Below, in pieces: positions 19,601-26,723 of a stretch of DNA of 64,000 nucleotides (positions are counted from its first letter, which is position 1; every line of letters begins with the position of its first letter). The DNA is from a virus. The stretch lies in the IMG/VR virus record IMGVR_UViG_3300045988_171964; one strand, given 5' to 3'. The position numbers and the translations under genes are program-made. The notes beneath the pieces were generated by a model, which saw only the letters and a program-made list of their open reading frames with translations, was not told the DNA's origin and searched no databases.

Positions 19601-19907
19601 GGCGCTGGTCAATTACGACAGCAACTATTCGGGAGGAAACTCAGCAAGAAGGGCATTTGATAGCGGCAACGTGGGTGATGTTCTTGCAGCAGGCACGCAA
19701 GCAGGCAATGGTAATCTTTCGTCTGGCGCGTCAGCGGCAGGCGACCTGATTGCAGCCAGCGCAGCAAGCAATGCGGCGCTCCTGCAAGCTGTGAATGCGC
19801 TCATTCAGCGCCTCAATCAGCCTATCAACGCCCAGATTAACATGTATGGTCGTGACGGACTGCATGATAGCCTGAATAAGGCTAATCGGTTTATGAAGAA
19901 TAAATAG
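13689..19907 (+). CDS. tail tape measure protein
   Basis: 2072 aa with long coiled-coil stretches. A TP901-type core-like region (YQGAKLGMGKYGVEGMKQFVAAADQINVAIGEEMGEEALPALSKMVETMGL) and central hydrophobic segments. Confidence 0.85.
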   Translation: MAKNKTEAIITLNGQQPLQVLKQLQEAAAGISEQIDAAQAKLKNLKPNTDPYKALDATIKDLKKQYDLLASAQIKDISANERLQSVVDQLSNTSLRNLRRALGDGKRQLEGLSEAELDQANAIRSMMKEVGDQVRLLEGKYVKIEKGLKNISIQSDQWLSKAITQQRDLVASLEKTDASYLKNHATLKQLEREEDRRNGKLTTPEAMTVVQDRTSTASELRRAKTSITQARDNVDTSDTAQIKAYNEALAKIEERLDAVSGKAQKTAIGWQKMRQVLSNPGKASGEDIKQTMDAIQQKIQQLPAGSKAVSDLRRQYAQLEQTMKGTRLSQAQLNDIVARSKTGKANINELRQAYKQLEEELNQLNTKSKEFNEKQKELKDLKKNIDNATGAISQQSKSWQTALKNLTAYVGLFQVFNAIKDTVTSAIKKNFEYSSSLTDIRKVSGLTMQDVNKLSEELAKIDTRTSVDGLAQLAYQGAKLGMGKYGVEGMKQFVAAADQINVAIGEEMGEEALPALSKMVETMGLIPKMGIEKAMLATGSAMFKLSSTSTSTSTNIVEFAKRLTGVSRTAGITTDQLLALGSASDSLFLMPEVSATAMSKFIVALQKNHNLIEKDLGIPDGTIKRMYAAGNAMDAIVMVLEKMRDKGNMNALGGIFKDLGSNGQRLVTAMVTMSKNVDVLKDHLYESKEAFEEATAVTSEYTMQQQSAAGILDRANNLWEKAFINPDGVESVKSMAQAWYDMSQMILQSPIFKNTLQAAMWSVITACKVFVTLLPLIANYVAALGIYKAVSFLWELGKAIKAAAAAQTLFNSAAKVNPYVAIASAIVTAVGVVWSFVEADREAAAAEAEAARKANAWKDKLKEAQSQTDTLTRKLHSYKTTLEALNVSQNARNTQIARFNRDFRQYISKLGIEIKSVSDLKKHYSELAQEIQRATYYRLREEAKQSVMPSYQMDRLNAANRIKKELNNLGLFAGGFTQKNVMDMFNKGAGAGWIWQKIIEANTKDAKQGSFRFNMKTGNYTYTDNSGKTVKGNPTGYKGLLSSLVHFQNATKRETSKDKEINDYFNQVVNLDGYTPWVEDEPGTLENEAPDNDAIRAAKQEARDQQRSWREELKQKQDEANAIMDNVRNFYERQINEKLSQAVSLGMDKTEQDLFVEPVKKRMDEALSQVRLAIAGQANTWEDFKKTMDNDLIEKTDETGVNLSKNLLTSITQNNIAALRTKMAQLGNSLNRPMNSITAEIFAKATKNQQDRVKLEAQQAEARRKVAQEHNYMGAVQQNMYDDFNQMGYATPTDFEAQDKEAFDRRKAHIISMYEQARKQIANLYTVDVSNKEGRGLLMQVLFGDDPYALGARIQSVLGDNAEDWRVFYNKLIQYSDEYTEAQKKTYDQAKKIAEQMWKVNQRNLANQETLRKMQQESALFGKRTNMWSNLGLGDLTADPEVELMKMKMQMAEDYYAFVFKNSRNQQLIDEADKARQEAELAYVNQMATAMKNRLSQMQQLVQPIETFGAEVGKAFAEMRNDVSSAQEAIKNALKSMLESWGNMALNDVNTQMWKAINDAGAKRAKKKAQPGIDAARANANANAVKEDFSHLGTKANPMYVRLVDEGASYLTQQPQSNFENMTPQQPALGWNPDGSPINPNSPAIVPPYAPPATPEQANKQAEGNGAPHAWAHRNRDNANAFYQDAATQTGAAAADAIAGGGSWSDVAAGIGGSFIGGVMNTEFKTGGGKSKEDKEKAEQLKKEKKHQKELSKEVKKGNKEREKVTTQGVKNITDVTDAGNKEQTEGTKIALNTGMAMTETALTTNLAKTQANNEAVIESDADRTRAGMTFSIAGAIGKCFDFLGPIAGPIAAAGVMATLMGLLQWALNSAFSGGKKKSNTNTTNTKLVTGMLTYDSGNVQDLKPFVADNGEVYWAKEDDGKQMQGVKMLTSPTATTVNGQPSLVAEKGPEIVIGRETTHAMMMNNPALLKALVNYDSNYSGGNSARRAFDSGNVGDVLAAGTQAGNGNLSSGASAAGDLIAASAASNAALLQAVNALIQRLNQPINAQINMYGRDGLHDSLNKANRFMKNK

Positions 19908-19968
19908 AAGAAGGTTTTGTTGATTATTAGTTGTTAGTTTTTAAGTTTATTAGTTATTTGTTTTTCGA

Positions 19969-20002
19969 GGCTGTTTCGCTGTGAAGCGAGGCAGCTTTTT
20001 TT
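19969..20002 (+). terminator. intrinsic terminator after the tape measure gene
   Basis: A ~12-bp stem GGCTGTTTCGCT / AGCGAGGCAGCT with a GTGA tetraloop, followed by T7. Confidence 0.8.
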
Positions 20003-20050
20003 AGTGTTGAACGTTGAGTGTTAAATGTTGAATTAGGCTATCGCCTTTGG
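20003..20050. repeat. Motif-B left arm plus loop start (B3)
   Basis: AGTGTTGAACGTTGAGTGTTAAATGTTGAATTAGGCTATCGCC, fused directly to Motif-A copy A2. Confidence 0.8.
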
Positions 20051-20083
20051 GTCTCCGTTCCCAGCGAATTTTTCGCTGGTCCC
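20051..20083 (+). repeat. Motif-A hairpin copy A2 (variant loop)
   Basis: GTCTCCGTTCCCAGCGAATTTTTCGCTGGTCCC. Confidence 0.85.
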
Positions 20084-20140
20084 ATTTTGTAATAAAGCTA
20101 ATATTTTTCCGTACCAACGTTAACCCTTTGATTTAGTGGG

Positions 20141-20640
20141 CATTTTGGTCTCAAAAGCATATCTTGGTCTCATTTTTCGTCGGTTTTACTACCTATATAT
20201 AAAATTTTCCGTGTATTTTTTCTTTTCCCTAAAATCAAAATCCCCTAACCTCAAACTAGGAGTTAGTAGCATTAACGGCTATGCCGTAAACTTCAGACAA
20301 TAAGGTAGTTATGGGGATATAGGGGAGTGGCAGCTAGCGAGAGAAATGCGTGATTTTCTACATATATTCTACATATTTCTGAAATATTTTGTATCTCCTG
20401 CGTACATCTGTTTATAGAAAATTATATAAAAATGAGACCAAGATATAGTAAGTTGCTGAAAAATAAGCAGATAGTAAAAAATCAGTGTGGGCTAGCAGTG
20501 GGACAATGGTGTGGCAGCAGGGGGACAATATACGCCGTTTTAGCAATTAGGGGACTTTAACATTTCTGCTAATAAAATTAAAATGAGACCAGAATCGGCA
20601 AAATGGGACCAGATTTCGCTTCCTGGTCTCATTTTTGAAA
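20141..20640. other. putative replication origin / iteron region
   Basis: Six copies of TGGTCTCA(TTTT): forward at 20146, 20165 and 20624; reverse at 20433 and 20584, plus the variant TGGGACCA at 20604. A perfect 19-bp inverted repeat ATATCTTGGTCTCATTTTT (20159-20177 / 20429-20447) flanks ~250 bp of AT-rich DNA. No ORF. Lies just upstream of the primase-like gene. Confidence 0.5.
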
Positions 20641-20652
20641 AAACAACCTTTG

Positions 20653-20686
20653 CGTCTCCGTTCCCAGCGATTCCATCGTTGGTTCC
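20653..20686 (+). repeat. Motif-A hairpin copy A3
   Basis: CGTCTCCGTTCCCAGCGATTCCATCGTTGGTTCC, followed by C8 at 20685-20692. Confidence 0.85.
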
Positions 20687-20775
20687 CCCCCCTCTCAAAC
20701 CTATATTAAATGTTAAAAATATAACTTATTTCAAATATAATATAGCTTACCTATACTTTATTCGATTTATTTTTG

Positions 20776-20783
20776 TATCTTTG
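20776..20783 (+). promoter_or_regulatory. -7 box TATCTTTG
   Basis: Bacteroidota-type TAnnTTTG 35 nt upstream of the ORF start at 20818. Confidence 0.45.
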
Positions 20784-20817
20784 CAGCGAAAAATGAACAA
20801 TATAATATATGTAAGGT

Positions 20818-21945
20818 ATGTTTGAGGAGATATGTTCCATCTATCGGGATGCGAAAGATGCACTCGGAAGATACGTCGATATGGAGACGGGCGAGTGCAT
20901 CACGCAGATGTCTATCCGTGAGTTCTGTCTTACGGATAGATGGAAGCCGTATGTAGAGAAGCTGAGAGCCATGCGGCAGCAGTATGGTAGCAAGGCGAAG
21001 AAGATGCCGGAGTATATCGAAACCAAGAAGATGCTTCCAGGTGCCACACTGAGCGGTCTCTTCGCTACCTACGAGGACGATAGCCTTACCCATCCCGGCC
21101 AGCGTGTGATGGTTTCCAGAAGAGAAAGCCACCTTCAGCAGCATACCGGATGGCTGGCGATAGATATTGACCTTCAGGACAACGAGGGTATTGCCGATTT
21201 CGAGAATATCCGCAGGGTGTTGGCATTTCGCCCCGAAGTAGCCCTGCTGATGCGCTCCTGCTCCGGAACTGGACTGTTTGGCTTGGTCCGTCTGGCTTAT
21301 CCAGACCATCATAAAGAGCAGTTCAAGGCATTATTGCATGAATATGCTGCAATGGGTATCATGCTCGATGGCTCCTGCGGAAACATCGGACGCGTGCGCT
21401 TTGCCTCATGGGATGATCCTGCGCATATATATATTAATGAACGCGCGATTCCATATACCAAACTGCCCGATAACGTACCTACACCAATGCCCGTGATGAA
21501 CTATGCCAACACATATTTCAGTGGCAGCCATCCGACTGGTGTTGGCTATGGAGGCAGCTATCCGCATAGCGGACAGGGCACCTACAGACGGGACACACCG
21601 GAAATCATCTATCGCAAAGCTTTGCGCCTTGTTGAGAAGATAGAGGCTCAAGGCATTGATATTTGTGCCGGAAAGGATGCTAATAGCGGTTATCTGGGTT
21701 GGGTGAAATGCGGCATGTCGCTTTACCATGTGGATAGAACGGCGGGTTATGACCTATGGAGAAGAGTTTCCCGCTTCCGTCCTGCTGACTCTACCTGCGG
21801 CCACAATGAAATGGATTTCCGCAAGCGATGGAACCAGTTCGCTAATTACAACAAGATTTCTGAGGCAACTTTCTTCGACTACTGCAAGCGGTCGGGCATC
21901 TTCCTCACCAGGGAAGACTGGAAAGAGATATATCAGAATACTTAG
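20818..21945 (+). CDS. primase / replication-initiator-like protein
   Basis: WLAIDIDLQDNEG...LLMRSCSGTGLFGLVRL resembles BT4734/VirE N-terminal-type domains. GYLGWVKCGMSLYHV..GYDLWRRVSRF resembles a PriCT-type helical domain. Sits beside the iteron region. Confidence 0.5.
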   Translation: MFEEICSIYRDAKDALGRYVDMETGECITQMSIREFCLTDRWKPYVEKLRAMRQQYGSKAKKMPEYIETKKMLPGATLSGLFATYEDDSLTHPGQRVMVSRRESHLQQHTGWLAIDIDLQDNEGIADFENIRRVLAFRPEVALLMRSCSGTGLFGLVRLAYPDHHKEQFKALLHEYAAMGIMLDGSCGNIGRVRFASWDDPAHIYINERAIPYTKLPDNVPTPMPVMNYANTYFSGSHPTGVGYGGSYPHSGQGTYRRDTPEIIYRKALRLVEKIEAQGIDICAGKDANSGYLGWVKCGMSLYHVDRTAGYDLWRRVSRFRPADSTCGHNEMDFRKRWNQFANYNKISEATFFDYCKRSGIFLTREDWKEIYQNT

Positions 21946-21948
21946 AAA

Positions 21949-21983
21949 GCGCCTCCGTTCCCAGCGATTCTACCGCTGGTCCA
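21949..21983 (+). repeat. Motif-A hairpin copy A4
   Basis: GCGCCTCCGTTCCCAGCGATTCTACCGCTGGTCCA. Confidence 0.85.
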
Positions 21984-22025
21984 CAAGCAAGGAAAAATAT
22001 TTTAATACATAAAAGATTAAAGATT

Positions 22026-22307
22026 ATGGCAAAAAGAAAAGTAAAAATCCCGAAGGGGTCATGGCTCGACCAGAATGGTCAGCGATGGATGAAAGTAGTG
22101 TTCGATGTAATGTCCGGTTTCGGGGGGGGTGAAAAGTTCATCCGTCAGATCAATTTGGAATTCACCTGCAACTTCGATTTTGGACTGAAAAGATATATAG
22201 TTAATATGGGTGATTATGGTAATCTGCGAAACGTTGTTTTGCAGAAATACCCATCGCTGGCGAGATATGGAGATTTTCACTTGGCGATGACTACTCATAA
22301 AATATAA
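22026..22307 (+). CDS. hypothetical protein
   Basis: 93-aa ORF. Contains a G8 tract at 22122-22129, read as GFGGGE. Confidence 0.4.
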   Translation: MAKRKVKIPKGSWLDQNGQRWMKVVFDVMSGFGGGEKFIRQINLEFTCNFDFGLKRYIVNMGDYGNLRNVVLQKYPSLARYGDFHLAMTTHKI

Positions 22308-22317
22308 AGATAAGATT

Positions 22318-22818
22318 ATGAAATTGATAACGATTATTGGTCCCTCTGGGGCTGGCAAGGACACGGTAGCAAAAATGCTGTCTGATATTCTGGGATATGA
22401 TGTGCTCTGTTCCTACACCACCCGTCCGATGCGGGAAGGTGAAGTTGACGGCAAGGAGCATCATTTTGTCAAGGAATGCAACGTTCCCAAAAGCGAAATG
22501 CTTGCTTATACCCGATACGGAAACTATGAGTATTGGACGGAGAAGAAACAGGTAGATGGTGCCGCCATTTACGTCATCGACGAGAAAGGACTGATGGAGC
22601 TGATGGAGCGCTGTCCGAAAGCCAAGATCATCACCGTCTATGTTTCGGCAAAGCCGGAAACTTTGAAGAAGCGTGGTATCTCTGAGGAACGTACCGACAG
22701 AGACCAGTATCGTGTTCAGATTGATTTCAACAGCTATGATTATGTGATACCAAACAACCGAACGATGCTTCATCTTTGGGACTACGTTGCGTTCGTAGCC
22801 AAGAAGATAAAAGAGTAG
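22318..22818 (+). CDS. guanylate-kinase-like (d)NMP kinase
   Basis: P-loop GPSGAGKDT and the guanylate-kinase signature SYTTRPMREGEVDGKEHHFV. Confidence 0.8.
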   Translation: MKLITIIGPSGAGKDTVAKMLSDILGYDVLCSYTTRPMREGEVDGKEHHFVKECNVPKSEMLAYTRYGNYEYWTEKKQVDGAAIYVIDEKGLMELMERCPKAKIITVYVSAKPETLKKRGISEERTDRDQYRVQIDFNSYDYVIPNNRTMLHLWDYVAFVAKKIKE

Positions 22819-23053
22819 GATTTTTGCATTGCCAACTTTACTGTAAAGTAAGTTCAAAGTGAACATCCTGTACCGTTTCAGTACAGACTGAGTATAGACT
22901 GGGCACAAATAAAATAATGGCAAAAATAACTACCCATTCACCCATCGCTGGTATATCAGGCAAGCTGCATAAGATAGGTAACATCTTTGCCTTTGTCTCC
23001 AATCGGTATGGCGTGATAGATTTTTAATATATAAACATCAAATAAGAAACAAT

Positions 23054-23950
23054 ATGAAAATGATAATTCCTGGTGTTGAGTGGTGGCCTCAGAAGACCGG
23101 CACTCAACAGGTTGCACGAGTAGGAAGAATCTGCTACAAGAGCAAAGCCAAACAGCCTGATGAGAAACTTTCTGAAGAAAAGAAAGAGGAGTTTCGGGAA
23201 GTACAGGCTGCAAAGTTGGTTAACCATTTCTGGAAGAGCGGTCATCGCTCTATGCTCCGTCATGGTACCATCTATTTCTTCGTCAAGAATGACAACAAGC
23301 TGCCGAGGTCTCTCTGGTCTCTCCTCGTGGCTTCACCTTACATCAATTATGCGGTGAAGGATAAGAAGGTATGGATCAGCAGCAACATGCAGTTCCTTGC
23401 CGAGCATGACGAAATCCTCGACATCCTCGACTCATACGATGTGAAGGAAGATGAGTTCATCGAGAAGGCGCTGAAGTATGATTGCAAAAAGGCTCTCTAT
23501 CTCCTCCGCATGACCATGGTTGTTACCACGCAAATCAGTACCAGCCGTGAGCTGAACCGCACATCGCCTAATAGCATCAGCGAACAGAGCACTCGCTATG
23601 TGAACCTGGAGAAGAAAGGTGGCGTACAGATTGCCCGTCCGCACTGGTTGCATGAAGGAACCCGCTGGCAGAAGTTCCTCTATCTTGCCGGATGCAAGAT
23701 AGCTGACTGGCTCTATCGCCGTTTGCTGAAATCGGGCATGAAGCCGCAGGATGCCCGCGGCATTCTTCCTCTCGATACCTATACGGTGGTAGCTTATACC
23801 TATACCCTCAAGGAGTGGAAACATATCCTGGACCTCCGCTTCCATGAAAGTACCGGCAAGGCGCATCCTAACGCCAAGGAAATAGGCTATCTGATTCATC
23901 GCATCATTACCGAGAGAATGATGGAATATGATAAGGACTTCGAGATTTAA
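23054..23950 (+). CDS. thyX: ThyX-like flavin-dependent thymidylate synthase family protein
   Basis: ARVGRICYKS, GHRSMLRHGTIYF, and the ThyX signature region SRELNRTSPNSISEQSTRY, which aligns to SxQLVRHRxxSxSxxSxRY. Canonical RHR reads RTS here. Confidence 0.75.
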   Translation: MKMIIPGVEWWPQKTGTQQVARVGRICYKSKAKQPDEKLSEEKKEEFREVQAAKLVNHFWKSGHRSMLRHGTIYFFVKNDNKLPRSLWSLLVASPYINYAVKDKKVWISSNMQFLAEHDEILDILDSYDVKEDEFIEKALKYDCKKALYLLRMTMVVTTQISTSRELNRTSPNSISEQSTRYVNLEKKGGVQIARPHWLHEGTRWQKFLYLAGCKIADWLYRRLLKSGMKPQDARGILPLDTYTVVAYTYTLKEWKHILDLRFHESTGKAHPNAKEIGYLIHRIITERMMEYDKDFEI

Positions 23951-23986
23951 AGGTAAAATCACTACTCGCTATCTCTAACGCTCATT

Positions 23987-25018
23987 ATGGTAAATAGAGT
24001 ATTTTGCCAATTAATGCTTGGCAATAAAAAGCAAAAAATAGCAATGGGAAATAAAAACAAGAAAAAACAACAGCAGCAACACCAGATGGAGGCTATGGCA
24101 AGGCGGGATGCTAAAATCCGTCAGCTCCCTACCATCTACACCTTCAACTTCAAGGATGTGCCATCTGAAGTATACGCCAAAACCCTGGAGGCAATCTTCT
24201 CTGATCCTCAGTTTGCCGATGCCGTGCGCAACCGCAACGAACTGGTACGTGCTGCCAACCGCATACCGCAGGGCGCACCTCAGATGGCACCCCTCATCAA
24301 GGCTATCCAGGAAAAAGATGCAAAGTTGGCCAATGCCATCTATGCCCTGCTTGTGCAGGTAAATCTGCACAGTGAGATAACTTACGATTTCCTCAGTTTC
24401 GGTCATCTGTCACGCTACTACGTAGACTACAGCCAGCCGGGTATGCAGGAAAAGGTAGACCATCTGAACATTAATCTTGATAAGATCACGTTCCTCTCCG
24501 AAATGCTCGAAAACCTTCTTACCCAGGTGAAGGGCGATATGCTGGAAATCTTCAAAGGTGCCAGCGAGTTCCAGCAGTTTGATGGTGTAATGGCGAGCCT
24601 CCGTCAGTTGAGCGGTTTCTTCGATTTCGCCCGCAAGAAAGACGAGAAATCGAAAGATTACGCCCTCTACTATGAGTATGCCGACAGCATCAATAACTAT
24701 ATGGATAAGCGTATGCAGACCTATTCGCAGAAGTACCGCAAGCTGCATCCTACCCTTCCTGGTTTCACTCAGGAACAGATGGTAGAGGCCATCAATCTCT
24801 TCTTCGGTGAGAAAGATAAGTTCAATGAGAGCTTCATCGCCAAGACGGAATCAGGTGGCCGCTATATCGACGGCATGAAACTCATCCCTAATCTCAACGA
24901 GGAGCAGACTGCCAAGCTCGATAAACTGGTACCGCGCCCGAAGGAAGGAAACAGCATGCAGAAATACTTCCTCTACATCACCGATGCCATCATGTTAAAT
25001 TACCACCTTCGGCGGTAA
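23987..25018 (+). CDS. hypothetical protein
   Basis: 343-aa ORF. The true start may be an internal ATG (MGNKNKKKQQ). Confidence 0.5.
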   Translation: MVNRVFCQLMLGNKKQKIAMGNKNKKKQQQQHQMEAMARRDAKIRQLPTIYTFNFKDVPSEVYAKTLEAIFSDPQFADAVRNRNELVRAANRIPQGAPQMAPLIKAIQEKDAKLANAIYALLVQVNLHSEITYDFLSFGHLSRYYVDYSQPGMQEKVDHLNINLDKITFLSEMLENLLTQVKGDMLEIFKGASEFQQFDGVMASLRQLSGFFDFARKKDEKSKDYALYYEYADSINNYMDKRMQTYSQKYRKLHPTLPGFTQEQMVEAINLFFGEKDKFNESFIAKTESGGRYIDGMKLIPNLNEEQTAKLDKLVPRPKEGNSMQKYFLYITDAIMLNYHLRR

Positions 25019-25020
25019 TT

Positions 25021-25096
25021 TTGAGTGTTGAATGTTGAGTTACCTCACGGACTCAAGGGCGCTAGCCTAATTCAACATTCAACACTCAACATTCAT
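25021..25096. repeat. Motif-B heptamer hairpin, full copy in inverted orientation (B4)
   Basis: The loop TTACCTCACGGACTCAAGGGCGCTAGCCTAA is the reverse complement of the B6 loop. Confidence 0.9.
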
Positions 25097-25110
25097 CAAA
25101 CCATTCAACA

Positions 25111-25851
25111 TTGTTTAAAATGCCAAATATCTATCTTCGTCTCCCCATCTCCCGCTGCCAGTTCTTCCGGCACCGCGACCCTAAGTTCACCCTGGCCAAG
25201 GATGAGCCGGTGGTGTTCAGCAACTACTCACATGAGCAGTTCATTATGCGCAATTCGCTTATCAGCGCCCCTGCGAAAAGCAGCTGTATCGACCTCGGCT
25301 GTTTCTCGCAGCAGCAGTGGTGCAATATGCTGTCGGGCAAGCACCCTGCAGGAGGCAAGGTAGTGATGCGCCGTGATGCCGGAAGCTGGCTCACTTTCCA
25401 GGAGGTGCAGCAGCTCAATGGTCGCCTTACCGATGGTAAGGGCGCACATGATGATTACCTCTGCATCAGACTGCCCCGCGAAGTAGAGATTGTCGATACC
25501 GTTTATCCCGTAAAGCCTACCTTTACGCTTGATACCCATGGTATCCGTGCCCTGGTAGTCTCGCTCAACAACGATTTTAAGCGCAGTCTGGTAGAATGGG
25601 CACTATCCACCTTCGACTTCTGCACCTCCAAAGGCAGGGTTATCGCCCGCTCCCATAATGCCATGCTGGAGCGGTACTTAATGCGATACGGCATAGAAGC
25701 CAGCGAGGAAGAGAAAGACGTGTTGCGCCGCATTATCGGCAGGTGGTTCCGCACGGAGCACTGTTTCTTTAAGAGCTATTCCTGCGTGGATATGCAGTAT
25801 AAAGATAGCCGTGATAAGCCTAACCGCATCGACGAAGTGCAGTGGCTATGA
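25111..25851 (+). CDS. hypothetical protein
   Basis: 246-aa ORF. Confidence 0.5.
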   Translation: MFKMPNIYLRLPISRCQFFRHRDPKFTLAKDEPVVFSNYSHEQFIMRNSLISAPAKSSCIDLGCFSQQQWCNMLSGKHPAGGKVVMRRDAGSWLTFQEVQQLNGRLTDGKGAHDDYLCIRLPREVEIVDTVYPVKPTFTLDTHGIRALVVSLNNDFKRSLVEWALSTFDFCTSKGRVIARSHNAMLERYLMRYGIEASEEEKDVLRRIIGRWFRTEHCFFKSYSCVDMQYKDSRDKPNRIDEVQWL

Positions 25852-25925
25852 TTTTACACCTTATATAATAGATGTTAATTCATATCTAAACAAAAGTTAA
25901 ATAATAGTTAAATCAAGGAAAAGTT

Positions 25926-26414
25926 ATGAAATTACCTGATAGTTGCAGAGAGTTATTTCTTGACGGAGTAACCGATGCTTATTTTTATGCTGTACGGGAA
26001 AGCTCCGTTCCTATTCCCTTCAGCATACCGATGATATTGCAGATAACCGGCTGCCACTTTGCCGGCGAAGCACTCCATGTTGCCCTCAGCGAAGGTGACA
26101 ATTACATCATATCCGATAGCATCACCGCCAAGCAGACTTCTTCAGAGGGTGGCAATGGTACCGTCTTCAAGTTCGAGATTACAGCCAATATTAGTGACGG
26201 AAAGGCGAATATACCCGAAATCATCAAAAAAATGCACGGAAAGGACTATTATATAGTCTTGCGTAAGCAGGATGACACGATTTATCTCTGCCATACGCTG
26301 TCTGGTACCTTCAGTATCACTGATTCCGTGACTGCTCAGAAAGATGCTGAGACCCGTAGCATTACGGCTATCTGTCAGGCGATGTCGGAGTTTATTCCGA
26401 TAACGATTGCTTAA
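25926..26414 (+). CDS. hypothetical protein
   Basis: 162-aa ORF. Confidence 0.5.
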   Translation: MKLPDSCRELFLDGVTDAYFYAVRESSVPIPFSIPMILQITGCHFAGEALHVALSEGDNYIISDSITAKQTSSEGGNGTVFKFEITANISDGKANIPEIIKKMHGKDYYIVLRKQDDTIYLCHTLSGTFSITDSVTAQKDAETRSITAICQAMSEFIPITIA

Positions 26415-26498
26415 TCAATCATAAATTTATAGTACTTAATTATCTTCTAGTTTTAGTAAACATATATTTCATAGTATCGAAATTTTATATTAATTTTA

Positions 26499-26532
26499 GC
26501 CCTGCTGTCCGTGAGGATCGCAGGGTTTTTTG
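26499..26532 (+). terminator. intrinsic terminator
   Basis: CCCTGC / GCAGGG stem followed by T6. Confidence 0.6.
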
Positions 26533-26540
26533 TTTTATCC

Positions 26541-26580
26541 GCTAGGCTAATTCAACATTCAACACTCAACATTCAACATT
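26541..26580. repeat. Motif-B right arm only (B5)
   Basis: GCTAGGCTAATTCAACATTCAACACTCAACATTCAACATT. Confidence 0.8.
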
Positions 26581-26584
26581 TTTT

Positions 26585-26620
26585 TTGTCCCTATCTGTCC
26601 ACGTTTTCCCATTACCTTTG
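26585..26620 (+). promoter_or_regulatory. phage promoter, TTGTCCCTA-N19-TACCTTTG
   Basis: TTG at 26585 and the -7 box at 26613-26620, in the same 28-nt register. Confidence 0.55.
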
Positions 26621-26723
26621 CCGTCAGAAAATATATAAGAGTCTTCTTTTGCAATCAAGGTAAGGAGATTTGTATTCAGGATAACGATAACATACATTTA
26701 TTTTTAAAAATTTATTACCCACA

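Noticed and set aside
13689-19907. Numerous long antisense or out-of-frame ORFs inside the tape measure gene, for example 17106-18146 (346 aa), 18174-18755, 18734-19348 and 15113-15658.
   Set aside because: They lie wholly inside a 2072-aa ORF with coherent coiled-coil sequence. Their translations are low-complexity (L/S/R/C-rich) mirror-frame artefacts, with no start context or promoters.
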